The notes below the pieces were generated by a model. It saw only the letters and a list, made by a program, of their open reading frames with translations, ran no database searches and was not told the origin of the DNA. Below, piece after piece: positions 10,424-20,653 of a stretch of 64,000 nucleotides of DNA. The translations under genes and the position numbers were made by a program. Source of the DNA: an uncultured Gemmatimonadales bacterium (GTDB lineage Bacteria > Gemmatimonadota > Gemmatimonadetes > Gemmatimonadales > GWC2-71-9); NCBI GenBank assembly GCA_963844035.1, contig CAWJMT010000003.1, positions 64,001-128,000 of the forward strand, read 5' to 3'. Positions within the stretch are counted from its first letter, which is position 1. Each line of letters opens with the position of its first letter.

Positions 10424-11137
10424 ATGGATCTGTATCCCGCCGTCGACGTGCAGGGCGGGCGCGTCGTGCGCTTGCGCCAGGGCGTCGCGGACCAGTCGAC
10501 CGCCTACGCCGACGACCCCGTCGCCGTGGCACAGCAGTTCGGGCGCGACGGGGCTCGCTGGGTTCACTTTGTGGACCTGGACCGCGCCTTCGGGCGCGGC
10601 GACAACCGCGCGGTCGCGCGCGCCTTCCTGGCCGGCATCACCGTGCCGGTGCAGGTCGGGGGCGGCCTCCGCAGCGCCGAGGCCATCGAAGAGATGCTCG
10701 ACTGGGGCGCCACCCGCGTCGTGATCGGCACCAAAGCGGCGACCGATCCCGCGCTGGTAGGGGAACTGCTCGCGCGCCACGGGCCCGACCGCCTCGCCGT
10801 CGGCATCGACGCCAAGGAGGGCCAAGTCGCCGTGCGCGGCTGGACCGAAGTGTTTGATCTCACCGCCCTGCAGCTCGCCGAGCGGGTGTTCGCCCAGGGG
10901 GCGCGCACGGTCATCTACACTGATGTGGCGCGCGACGGGATGCTCACGGGCCCGGATGTCGCGGGGGCGCGGGCCCTCGCGGACCTGGGGTTGAGCGTTA
11001 TCGCGTCGGGCGGGGTCTCGTCGCTCGACGATCTCCGCGCGGTGCGCGCGGCCGGGCTCGCGGGTGCGATCATCGGCCGGGCGCTGTACGAAGGCCGGTT
11101 CACGCTCCCCGAAGCACTGGCATGCGTCGCCACCTGA
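10424..11137 (+). CDS. hisA: ProFAR isomerase HisA
   Basis: YPAVDVQGGRVVRL, QVGGGLRS, YTDVARDGMLTGPD, ASGGVSSLDD and IIGRALY. Confidence 0.95.
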   Translation: MDLYPAVDVQGGRVVRLRQGVADQSTAYADDPVAVAQQFGRDGARWVHFVDLDRAFGRGDNRAVARAFLAGITVPVQVGGGLRSAEAIEEMLDWGATRVVIGTKAATDPALVGELLARHGPDRLAVGIDAKEGQVAVRGWTEVFDLTALQLAERVFAQGARTVIYTDVARDGMLTGPDVAGARALADLGLSVIASGGVSSLDDLRAVRAAGLAGAIIGRALYEGRFTLPEALACVAT

Positions 11138-12910
11138 CGTGGGGACTCGCATTACTGCGAATCACGGGGTGCGCTGCGCTGCTGGTCCTGCTGTGGAATC
11201 CGATTGCCTCCCGCCTGCTCCCCGGCACCGACCCGCCGCTCGTGCTGCTCGACGCTTCGCTCAGCATGGCCGGGCATGGGGGCCGGTGGCGTGAGGCGCT
11301 GGACAGCGCTCGCTCCCTCGCGGGCGGAGGGCGGGGTGGAGTGATCTGGCGGTTCGGCGACCAGGTCGCCGCCTTCGATTCGGGCGCCCCCTCAGATGGA
11401 TCCAGCCGGCTCGGTCCGGCAATCGCGGCGGCCGCCGCCCGCGGCGGACCGATCGCGGTGGTCACGGACGGTGATGTCAGTGACATCGAGACCATCGCTC
11501 CGGACTTGCTGCGCTCGCTACGTATCGTCACCCTCGAACGTCCGGCGTTTTACGATGCCTTCATTGCGACGGTGGAGGGAACGCACCGGATCGCCGCAAC
11601 GGATACGCTGCTCCTGAAGGTCTCGTACGGAGCTACTGGGAAGAGGGAAGAGGGAAGAGGGAAGGGTAAGGCGTTGCTCGTGGTGACATCGGAGGGGCGG
11701 CGACTAGCCTTCCGCGAGGTGTCTCTCCCCGACAGCGGTATCGTTGCCACCGAGATCACGCTTCCCGCTTCCCGCTTCCCTCTTCCCGGTTGGCACGTTC
11801 TCGATGTTCGCTTGCAAGCCGCTCCCGACCCCGAACCGCGAGATGACGGGCGCCTATTCCTGGTGGAAGTGAACCCGACGCCGTCGGTGGTCGTGCTCGC
11901 GAGCCCGCCCGACTGGGACCTGCGCTTCTTCGCGCGCACCCTGGCAGACGTGGCGCGGGTGCCGGTGACGGTGTTCGTCGAGACCGAGCCAGGGAATCCG
12001 GCGCGCGGCCACTGGCGGGACGCGGCCTCGTTGACCGCGGCACCAGCGGGCGCCGTCGAGCGCGCGGTAGCGGGGGCGCGGCTCATCGTCGAGGGCGGTG
12101 ATCCCGCGGGATTCGGGCGGGTGGCCGCGGCGGCCGATCGGGCGCGCCTGCGCTGGCCGACCGTGGGCGGGCTCGCCGGGGAGTGGTACGTGGACCCGCC
12201 GCCGCCTTCGCCCTTCGCCGCCGGGCTCGGCGGATTGGCGTGGGATTCCCTGCCGCCGGCGGTGGGAGTGATCCCGACGGTCGCCGGACAGCACCACGCT
12301 CGTCGCGTTGACGGCGCGGCTCGCGCGGCGCGGGGCCGCGCGCCCGGTGGTGCTCTTGTCGGAGCGCGGGGGCTCGCGTCACGCGCAGGTCGCGGCGGTG
12401 GGGCTGTACCGCTGGGCGTTTCGCGGCGGCGCGAGCGCGGAAGCCTATCGGGCGCTGGTGGCAGAGATCGCGAATTGGCTCTTGGGGGAAGAGGGAAGAG
12501 GGAAGAGGGAAGGGGTGACGCCGGTGGCGCGTGTGGTTGCGAACGGGCTGCCCGTGGTGTGGCGCTGGACCGGTGCGGGTCCGCCGCACGACTTGACGCT
12601 GACCCTACGCTCGAGCGGCGGCGAACGGCGCGACACGCTGCGGTTCGACGCCGCGGGCGAGGCGGCGCTCGTCGTGCCGCCCGCCGTCTATCACTACACA
12701 ATTGACGGAGGACCGGAACGCGGCATGATCGCGGTCGAGACCTACTCCGATGAGTGGCGCCCTGCCGCAGCCGCGCTCGCGCCGCAGGCCGGAGTGCCGG
12801 CGGGACGCTTCGCGACGGTGAGCATGCGGGACCATTGGTGGCTGTTCGCGCTCGCGATCGCCGCATTCGTGGCGGAGTGGGTGTGGCGCCGCCGGCTGGG
12901 GTTGCCCTGA
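11122..12910 (+). CDS. Membrane-anchored protein with vWA-like domain (frameshift near 12290)
   Basis: N-terminal TM, LLDASLSM (DxSxS MIDAS-like), VVTDG, and C-terminal TM AEWVWRRRLGLP. Confidence 0.7.
11638..11666 (+). repeat. (GGGAAGA)3 GGGAAGG array inside CDS (GKREEGRGK)
   Basis: Read directly. Confidence 0.9.
11760..11787 (-). repeat. Inverted copy of the heptamer array inside the same CDS (LPASRFPLP)
   Basis: GCTTCCC x3 then TCTTCCC on the + strand. Confidence 0.9.
12486..12515 (+). repeat. (GGGAAGA)3 GGGAAGG array inside CDS (GEEGRGKREG)
   Basis: Read directly. Confidence 0.9.
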
Positions 12911-13777
12911 TGTCGCTGTGGAAAAAGCTCGCGCGCGTATTCGGAGGAGGGCGGAGCGCCGCCGCACGCGGCGAGGCGGAGCAGCTCCTGATCGAAGCCG
13001 ATTTCGGGGTTGCCGCGACCGCCGAGCTGCTCGACCAGGTCGCGGGGACGAGCGAAGCTGAGCTGGCCGGGGCGCTCGAGCGGTGCGGTGGCCGCGATGC
13101 TGGCCCCGGCTCCTGGCGCGCCCGGTGCCCTCGCGCGCGCCGACACCCCGCCGACGGTGATCCTGGTGTGCGGCGTGAACGGGACCGGGAAGACCACCAC
13201 GGTCGCGAAGCTCGCGCGGCGGTTGCAGCGCGAGGGACGCAGCCCGCTGCTCGCCGCCGCCGATACGTTTCGGGCCGGCGCGGTGGATCAGCTGAGGATC
13301 TGGGCGGACCGGCTGGCGGTGCCGTGCGTGGGCGCGCCGGTCGCCGGCAAGGGCGATCCCGCCGCGGTGGCGTTCGACGCGATCGCCGCGGCCCGCGCGC
13401 GCGGGCTCGACACGGTGCTCGTGGACACGGCCGGACGGCTGCACACCGACGACCGGCTGCTCGAAGAGCTGAAGAAGATCGCGCGCGTGGCGGCCAAGGC
13501 CCATCCGGGGAGCGGCGCGCCGCACGAGGCGCTGCTCGTGCTCGACGGCACCACCGGGCAGAACGCGGTGCAGCAGGGCAAGATGTTCGCGGCCGCGATT
13601 CCGCTCACCGGGCTCATCGTCACCAAGCTCGACGGGACCGCGAAGGGCGGCAGCGTGGTGGCACTGCGCCGCGAGCTGGCGCTGCCGATACGGTTCGTCG
13701 GGACGGGAGAGGGGATCGACGACCTCGAACCGTTTGATGCGGGAGAGTATGCACAGCAGGCTCGTGACCGGAGCTAA
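12910..13777 (+). CDS. ftsY: SRP receptor FtsY, short NG-only form (frameshifted)
   Basis: GVNGTGKTTT, DTFRAGA, DTAGRLH, DGTTGQN, TKLDGTAKGG and GTGEGIDDL. Confidence 0.95.
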
Positions 13778-13807
13778 GGGGACGAGGGACGGGGGAAGGG
13801 GGACGGG
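13778..13807 (+). repeat. Four-unit GGGA(C/A)GN array in the ftsY-recG spacer
   Basis: GGGACGA GGGACGG GGGAAGG GGGACGG then GTAC. Confidence 0.85.
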
Positions 13808-13817
13808 TACGTGCCTA

Positions 13818-15885
13818 GTGCCGCTGACACTGACCACGTCCGTGAAGTACCTGAAGGGCGTCGGCCCCAAGCGCGCCGAGTCGCTCGCGCGGCTCGGCAT
13901 CCGCAGCGTCGGCGACCTGCTGTACCACGCCCCGCATCGCTATCTCGACGCCACCACCGTGACGCCGTTCGCGCGCGCTGCGGTGGACGCGGAGGTGACG
14001 TGCGTCGGCCGCGTGGTGAGCACCGGGCATTCTCCCCACGCGGCGCGGCCTGCGCGTGTTCCGCGCCGTGCTGCAGGACGCGAGCGGCTCGCTCGAGTGC
14101 GCCTGGCCAGGCCAGCCGTTTCTCGAGCGGCAGATCAAGGCCGGGCAGCTGCTGCTCGTCACCGGTCCGGTGCGCTACTACCACGGCCGCCAGCTCGTGC
14201 CGCGGGAGTTCATCGTGCTCGGCGGACGCGGCCGAGGACGACGACCGGGGCATGGTGCTGCCGGTCTATCCGGCCACCGAGGGCCTCAGCCACCGGCAGA
14301 TCCGCGCGCTCATTCACCAGCACCTGGACGCGCTGCTGGCGCTCGTGGTGGATCCGCATCCTCAGGCGCTGCGCGCGGCGCACGATCTGCCCGACCTGCG
14401 CAGCGCGCTCGCCGCCGTGCACCGGCCGGCGAGCGTGGACGAGGCGGAACGGGGCCGGCGGCGCCTCGCCTTCGACGAGCTGTTCGATCAGCAGCTGGTG
14501 CAGGCGCGGGCCCGGATGCTGGCCAAGCGGGCGCGCGCCGGCATCCGCTTCGAGCTCAAGAAGGAGTTGACGACGCAGCTCAAGGAGCACCTGCCGTTCG
14601 AGCTGACCGCCGACCAGCGGCAGGCGGTGCGCGAGGTGGCGCGACGACATGACCGCGCCGCTGCGCATGCACCGCCTGCTCATGGGCGACGTCGGGACCG
14701 GGAAGACGGTGGTGGCGCTGTTCGCGATGCTGCTCGCGGCCGAGAACGACTACCAGGCCGCGATCATGGCGCCGACCGAGCTGCTCGCCGAGCAGCACCA
14801 CGCCACGCTCACCCGCCTGCTGGCGCCGCTCGAGATCCAGCCCGACCTGTTGAGCGGCCGGCTCGCCGGCGGCGCCAAGGCGGCGGCGCGGCGCCGCCTC
14901 GCCTCGGGGGCGTCGCGCATCGTGGTGGGGACGCACGCGCTGATCCAGGAATCCGTCACGTTCCACCGCCTCGGCCTCGCGGTGATCGACGAGCAACACC
15001 GCTTCGGGGTGGAGCAGCGGGCGGCGCTCGTCGAGAAGGGTGACGCCCCCGACGTGCTGCTGCTCTCGGCGACGCCGATTCCGCGCTCGCTCGCGCTCAC
15101 GCTGTACGGCGACCTGGACGTCACGGAGCTGCACGAGCGGCCGGCCGACCGCGCAGCCGGTGAAGACGGCGCTTCGCACCGAGAGCGGCGCGCGCCAAGA
15201 TCTACGAGTTCCTGCGCCAGCGAGGCCGCGGCCGGCCATCAGGCCTACGTCGTGTATCCCGTGATCGAGGAATCGGAGAAGACCGACCTGAAGGCCGCGA
15301 CGACGATGGCGGAGCGGCTCCAGAAGGCGCTCCCCGAGCTCCGCGTGGGCCTGGTGCACGGCCGCATGCCGGCCGAGGCGCGCGAGCGCACGATGCGCGC
15401 GTTCCGCGACAACGAGATCCAGATCCTGGTCGCGACCACGGTCATCGAGGTCGGTATCGACGTGGCCAATGCGACGGTGATGCTGATCGAGCACGCCGAG
15501 CGCTTCGGTCTGGCGCAGCTGCACCAGCTGCGCGGCCGCGTGGGCCGCGGCGCGGCGCCGAGCCACTGCATCCTGCTCTCGGACGCGCCGCAGGCGGTGC
15601 CGCGCCTCACCGCCTTCACCGCGACGAACGACGGCTTCGCGATCGCGGAGCTGGACCTGAAGGAGCGCGGCATGGGGGAGCTGGCGGGTGCGCGGCAGTC
15701 GGGAGGCATGGCGCTGCGGTTCGCCAACTTCGCGACCGACCTGCCGCTGCTCGAGGCGGCCCGGCGCGCCGCGGGAGAGATTATCGCCCGCGATCCGGCG
15801 CTCGTCCCGCCCGCAGCACGCGGCGTATCGGGAGCGGATTGTGGCGACGATATGAGAGGGGGTTTGAACTGTTCGGGTGGGATAA
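13818..15885 (+). CDS. recG: ATP-dependent DNA helicase RecG (frameshifted)
   Basis: LKGVGPKRA, GDVGTGKT, MAPTELLAEQH, DEQHRFG, SATPIPR and QLHQLRGRVGRG. Confidence 0.95.
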
Positions 15886-15889
15886 GAGC

Positions 15890-15950
15890 GGTGTCAGGTG
15901 TCAGGTGTCGAGTGCAGCTCTGACACCTGGCACCTGACACCTGACACCTG
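15890..15950. repeat. Inverted heptamer arrays (GGTGTCA)3 / (TGACACC)4 able to form a hairpin
   Basis: Read directly between the recG stop and the asnS -35; one unit in each arm has a single mismatch. Confidence 0.88.
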
Positions 15951-15958
15951 CGCTCTCG

Positions 15959-15987
15959 TTGACAGTCCCCACCACCGCCCGTAGAAT
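15959..15987 (+). promoter_or_regulatory. Sigma70-type promoter of asnS
   Basis: TTGACA-17 nt-TAGAAT, with the ATG 9 nt after the -10. Confidence 0.8.
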
Positions 15988-15996
15988 GCCGCCCCT

Positions 15997-17297
15997 ATGC
16001 CGAAAGCTCAGCGGATCGAAGCCCTGTCGCAGTGCGTCGGGGAAACGGTGGCGGTGCGCGCGTGGGTGATGACCACGCGGTCGAGCGGGAAGATCGCGTT
16101 CGCCGCGCTGCGCGACGGCACGGGGCAGGTGCAGGCCGTCCTCTCCAAGGCCGACGCGCCCGCCGCGTGGGAGACGTTCGGGCAGCTCACGCAGGAGACG
16201 TCGGTCGAGGTGACCGGCGTCGTGCGCGCCGACGCGCGCGCGCCCGAGCGGCGTGGAGCTGCAGGTCACCGAGCTCAAGATCATCGGGCCCAGCGTCGAC
16301 TTCCCGGTCTCTCCCAAAGAGCACGGCACCGCGTACCTGTTCGAGCACCGCCACCTGTGGCTGCGCAGCCGGCGCCAGGTGGCGATCGCGCGGGTGCGCC
16401 ATGAAGTGATCCAGGCGATCCGCGACTTCTTCTACACGCACAACTTTACCCTGGTGGACACGCCGATCCTCACCGGCGTCCATCGGCGAAGCGGCGGGAA
16501 ATCTCTTCGCCACCGAGTACTTCGACCTGGGGCAGGCCTACCTCGCCCAGACGGGGCAGCTCTACGTGGAGGCCGCGGCGGCGGCGCTCGGCAAGGTGTA
16601 TTGCTTTGGACCCACGTTCCGCGCCGAGAAGTCGAAGACGCGCCGCCACCTCACCGAGTTCTGGATGGTCGAGCCCGAGGTGGCGTGGAACGATTCCAAC
16701 GCCAACATGGCAGCTGCAGGAGGAGTTCGTCGCCTACATCGTGGCGCGCTGCCTCGAGCGGCGGAAGGCCGAGCTCACCGAGCTGGAGCGCGACATCGCG
16801 CCGCTCCAGAAGGTGCAGCACGCCGTTTCCCAGGATTTCGTACACGCGAGGCCGTGGAGAAACTCCGCAGCCTGGGGAGCGACATGGAGTGGGGACGGGA
16901 CCTGGGCGGGGACGACGAAACCCTGCTCGCCAAGCAGTACGACCGGCCGGTGATGGTCTACAACTATCCGAAGCAGGTCAAAGCCTTCTATATGAAGGAA
17001 AACCCCGCCGATCCCCGCACGGTGCTGAACAACGACATGTTGGCGCCCGAGGGGTACGGCGAGATCATCGGCGGCAGCCAGCGTGAGGACGACTACGACA
17101 AGCTGCTGCACCGCATCAAAGAGGAAGGCCTGCCGGTCGAGTCCTACAGCTGGTATCTGGATCTGCGAAAGTACGGCACGTTCGTGCACGCGGGCTTCGG
17201 CCTGGGCGTCGAGCGGACGGTCGCCTGGATCTGCGGCATCGCGCACATCCGGGAAGCGATCGCGTTTCCGAGGACGTTGTACAAGCTGTGGCCGTGA
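15997..17297 (+). CDS. asnS: Asparagine--tRNA ligase (frameshifted)
   Basis: OB-fold [49 protein letters not shown] and GFGLGVER. Confidence 0.96.
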
Positions 17298-17339
17298 GAA
17301 CCGCCTTCCCCCGTCCGTTCCTTTGCTGCACTATCCCCA

Positions 17340-18551
17340 ATGATGGGTGAGCCTCACATCTTCGGCCAGCACGAGCCCAACACGCTCGAACAGCTGCGCG
17401 ACGTGGCGAGCCGCGCCGACCGAGCCGCCCTCATGGCCGACGGCCATCTGGGCTACGTGATGCCGATCGGCGGCGTCGCGGCGTATCGGGACAAGGTCTC
17501 GGTCGTCGGGGTGGGCTTCGACATCGCGTGCGGCAACGCCGCGATTCGCACGGACCTCACCACGTCGCAGCTTGCCGGCCGCCTGGGCCAGCTCGCGGAC
17601 GAGATTCAGACCACCATTTCGTTCGGGGTGGGCCGGAAGAATCGGGCGGACGACGCGCCGACCGACGATCCCCTGTTCGACGATGCCGCGTGGGACGCAG
17701 TCCCCGGCCGGCACGAGCGGGACCAGCTGCGGAGCAAGGCACGCGCCCAGCTCGGCACGGTGGGCAGCGGGAATCACTACGTCGACGTGTTCGCCGACGA
17801 AGCGGACCGGATCTGGGTGGGCGTGCATTTCGGCTCGCGCGGGTTCGGCTTCGGCGTGGCGCGGGGCTTCCTCGCGCTGAGCCAGAACATGGCGTGGGGT
17901 CAGCGCGCGCCCGAGCGCGAGACCCTGCTGGACGTGCGGCAGCCGCTGGGCGACGCCTATTGGCAGCTGATGACGCTGGCCGGACGGTACGCGTACGCCG
18001 GCCGCGAGTGGGTCGCGCGCAAGGTGGTCGACCTGCTCGGCGGTCGAGAGATCGAGCTGGTGCACAACCACCACAACTTCGCGTGGGTCGAGCAGCACGG
18101 CGGTGAGTCGCTCTACGTCGTCCGCAAGGGAGCGACGCCGGCGTTCCCGGGCCAGAAGGGGTTTGTGGGCGGCTCGATGGGCGACGACGCGGTCATCATT
18201 CGGGGTGCTGAGTCGCCGGATGCTGCGGTGCGGGAGCTGCAAGCGCGCGCCCTGTTCTCCACGGTGCACGGCGCAGGGCGGGTGATGAGCCGCACGCAGG
18301 CGGCGGGGAAGCGCACGCGGCGCGGGAAGGTGATCAGCCCGGGGATCATCTCTGCGGACATGATGCACGACTGGGTGCGGGAGAAGAACGTCGTGTTGCG
18401 GGGCGGCGGCACCGACGAAAGTCCCCACGTCTATCGCCGGTTACCGGACGTCCTCGCCGCTCAAGGCCCGACGATCGAGGTGCTGCATACGCTGCGTCCG
18501 CTGATCGTCGTGATGGCGGGGGCGGAGGAAGTGGATCCGTACAAGGATTGA
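17340..18551 (+). CDS. rtcB: RtcB-family RNA ligase
   Basis: DGHLGYVMPIG, DIACG, GTVGSGNHY, HFGSRG, HNHHN, RKGATPA and HGAGR. Confidence 0.93.
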   Translation: MMGEPHIFGQHEPNTLEQLRDVASRADRAALMADGHLGYVMPIGGVAAYRDKVSVVGVGFDIACGNAAIRTDLTTSQLAGRLGQLADEIQTTISFGVGRKNRADDAPTDDPLFDDAAWDAVPGRHERDQLRSKARAQLGTVGSGNHYVDVFADEADRIWVGVHFGSRGFGFGVARGFLALSQNMAWGQRAPERETLLDVRQPLGDAYWQLMTLAGRYAYAGREWVARKVVDLLGGREIELVHNHHNFAWVEQHGGESLYVVRKGATPAFPGQKGFVGGSMGDDAVIIRGAESPDAAVRELQARALFSTVHGAGRVMSRTQAAGKRTRRGKVISPGIISADMMHDWVREKNVVLRGGGTDESPHVYRRLPDVLAAQGPTIEVLHTLRPLIVVMAGAEEVDPYKD

Positions 18552-18557
18552 CGGGAA

Positions 18558-18607
18558 GGCGGGTGGGCGGGCAGGCGGGTAGCAGGTTGACCAGCCGCCT
18601 ACCTGTC
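18558..18607. repeat. GGCGGGYR octamer array with partial complement between convergent rtcB and mazG
   Basis: GGCGGGTG GGCGGGCA GGCGGGTA ... CCGCCTACCTG. Confidence 0.65.
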
Positions 18608-19353
18608 TCCTTTCACCTCATCCCACAACGCATCCAGCTCCGCCAGGCTCGCCCGTCCCAGCTCCAGCCCGCGCTCCTGCGCCAGGCGTCTCCACCTCCT
18701 CAAACCGTCCTCTGAACTTCTCGTTCGCCCGCTCGAGCGCGGCGCCGGGGTTGATCGAGAGTTTGCGAGCAAGATTCACCACGGCGAACAGCAGATCGCC
18801 GATCTCATCCTCGATCGCGTCATGTTGTCCGTTGCCCGTTGCCACTTCGACCTCAGCGATCTCTTCCTTCACCTTGTCCAGCGGTCCCTTGCGCGTCGGG
18901 CCAGTCGAATCCCACACCAGCGGCGCGCTCTTGAAGTCGGTAGGCCATGAGCAGCGGGGGCAGGGTGGGAGGTAGCCCCGCGAGCGTCTTACCCTTCCCG
19001 CTTCCCTCTTCCCGCTTCCCCAGTTCCCAGGATGCAGGTTTCTCCCCGCCCCCGAACAGGTGGGGATGGCGCCGCCACATCTTCGTCTCGAGCGCGTGCG
19101 TGACCGCCTCGGCGTCGAGCGTGCCGCGCTCCTCGCCGATCACGATCTGAAACGCGAGGTGCAGCAGCAGGTCGCCGAGCTCGTCGCGCACCTCGCCGGG
19201 ATCGTCTCGACGGATCGCCTGATCGAGCTCGAGCACCTCTTCGACGAGGTAGGGGCGCAGGGTCGCAGGGGTCTGCGCGCCGTCCCACGGGCACCGCGCG
19301 CGCAGGTCGCGCACGAGTGCGACGGCACGTCCAAGCGCTGAATCGCCTTGCAT
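18599..19353 (-). CDS. mazG: Nucleoside triphosphate pyrophosphohydrolase MazG (frameshifted)
   Basis: CPWDGAQT, ELGDLL, RRHPHLF, GFDWP, EIGDLLFAVVN and end ELDALWDEVKGDR*. Confidence 0.93.
18992..19021 (-). repeat. Four-unit GGGAAGN array inside mazG (GKREEGSGK)
   Basis: Minus strand reads GGGAAGC GGGAAGA GGGAAGC GGGAAGG GTAAG. Confidence 0.88.
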
Positions 19354-19399
19354 TTAGCCTCCGGGCCGGGTATCATACGCGCGCCTGTGAACGTGTCAA
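19348..19399. promoter_or_regulatory. Bidirectional sigma70-type promoter for mazG and alr
   Basis: + strand TTGCAT-17-TATCAT; - strand TTGACA-16-TATGAT; the two -10 hexamers overlap. Confidence 0.7.
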
Positions 19400-20477
19400 T
19401 GATCAGCGGGCGCACCAGCCGTGCGTGGGTCGAACGTCGACCTGGCTGCCGTAGTCGAGAACGCCCGCACCGTAGCACGAGTCGCCGGCACGCGGCTCCT
19501 CCCGGTGGTGAAGGCGAACGCCTACGGGGTAGGAGCCGTCGCTGTGTCTAGGGCCCTCGAAGCGCTCGACCCCTGGGGCTACGGCGTCGCGACGGTGGAC
19601 GAGGGGACCGAGCTGCGGGCCGCCGGGGTCACGCGCCCCGTGGTGGTATTCATGCCGGGGCAGCCGGCATTGTTCGACCAGTTCGAGCGCTTCCAGCTGA
19701 CACCGGTTCTCGGAGATGCCGACGCGATCGCACAGTGGACCGCCCGCGGGACGCGGGGCTTCCATTTGGAGATCGACACCGGGATGGGGCGGTCGGGGGT
19801 TCGCTGGGACGAGATGGCGCGGATCCGCGACGTCACCGGCACCCCCTCCCTCGAAGGCTGTTACACGCAGTTCCATTCGGCCGAACGGTCCGACGGCTCG
19901 CTCGAGCGACAAGCCGAGCGGTTCCTGCAGGCCGTCAGCCAGCTGCCGCGGCGGCCGGCCCTGCTGCACGTGGCCAATAGCGCGGCGGCGATGCGCGGCC
20001 CGCGACTACGGGTTCGATCTGATCCGCCCCGGCGTGTTCCTGTACGGCGGCTCGGCCGGGCCAGGACTGGCGGCACCCCGGCCGGTGGTCAGCGTGCGGG
20101 CGCGAGTGCTGGCGGTGCGGCGTGTGGCGGCCGGCGAAAGCGTGAGCTACGGTGCCCTCTGGACGGCCCGGGCGGCGACGCGGGTGGCGACACTCGGGAT
20201 CGGGTACGCGGACGGCGTGCGGCGGTCGCTCGGCATTTCGGGGCGCGGGTCTGTGCTGTTGAGCGGAGCGCGCTGCCCGATCGTCGGGGCGGTGACGATG
20301 GACCTGACGATGGTCGAGATCGGCGACCGGCCCGTGAAGGTGGGCGATGTCGCCACGCTGATCGGCGAGGCCGACGGCGACCGCATCAGTCTCGAGGAAT
20401 ACGCGGCCTGGGGAGACGAGCTGCACCGCGAGGTTCTCACGTCGCTCGGGCCGCGGCTGCCGCGAGTGTACGACTAG
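19399..20477 (+). CDS. alr: Alanine racemase (frameshifted)
   Basis: VVKANAYG PLP-lysine motif, DTGMGRSG, RPGVFLYG, VSYG, GYADG and VTMD. Confidence 0.95.
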
Positions 20478-20509
20478 CAGGCGGGCAGGCGGCAGGCGGG
20501 TAGGCGGCA
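20478..20509 (+). repeat. CAGGCGG(G) 7/8-mer array after the alr stop
   Basis: CAGGCGGG CAGGCGG CAGGCGGG TAGGCGG CA. Confidence 0.75.
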
Positions 20510-20653
20510 CAGCGAGGCGGCAGCGGGGTTCTAGGAGTGGCTCGGGAAGGGCAGGTCGATCTTGCGGGGGATCCGGACATGAGCGCGGAGCAAGCGAGCG
20601 GGTGCGGGATTTGACGGGCCGGGCGAGGCGCGCGATACGCGGCGCTGAGCCTC

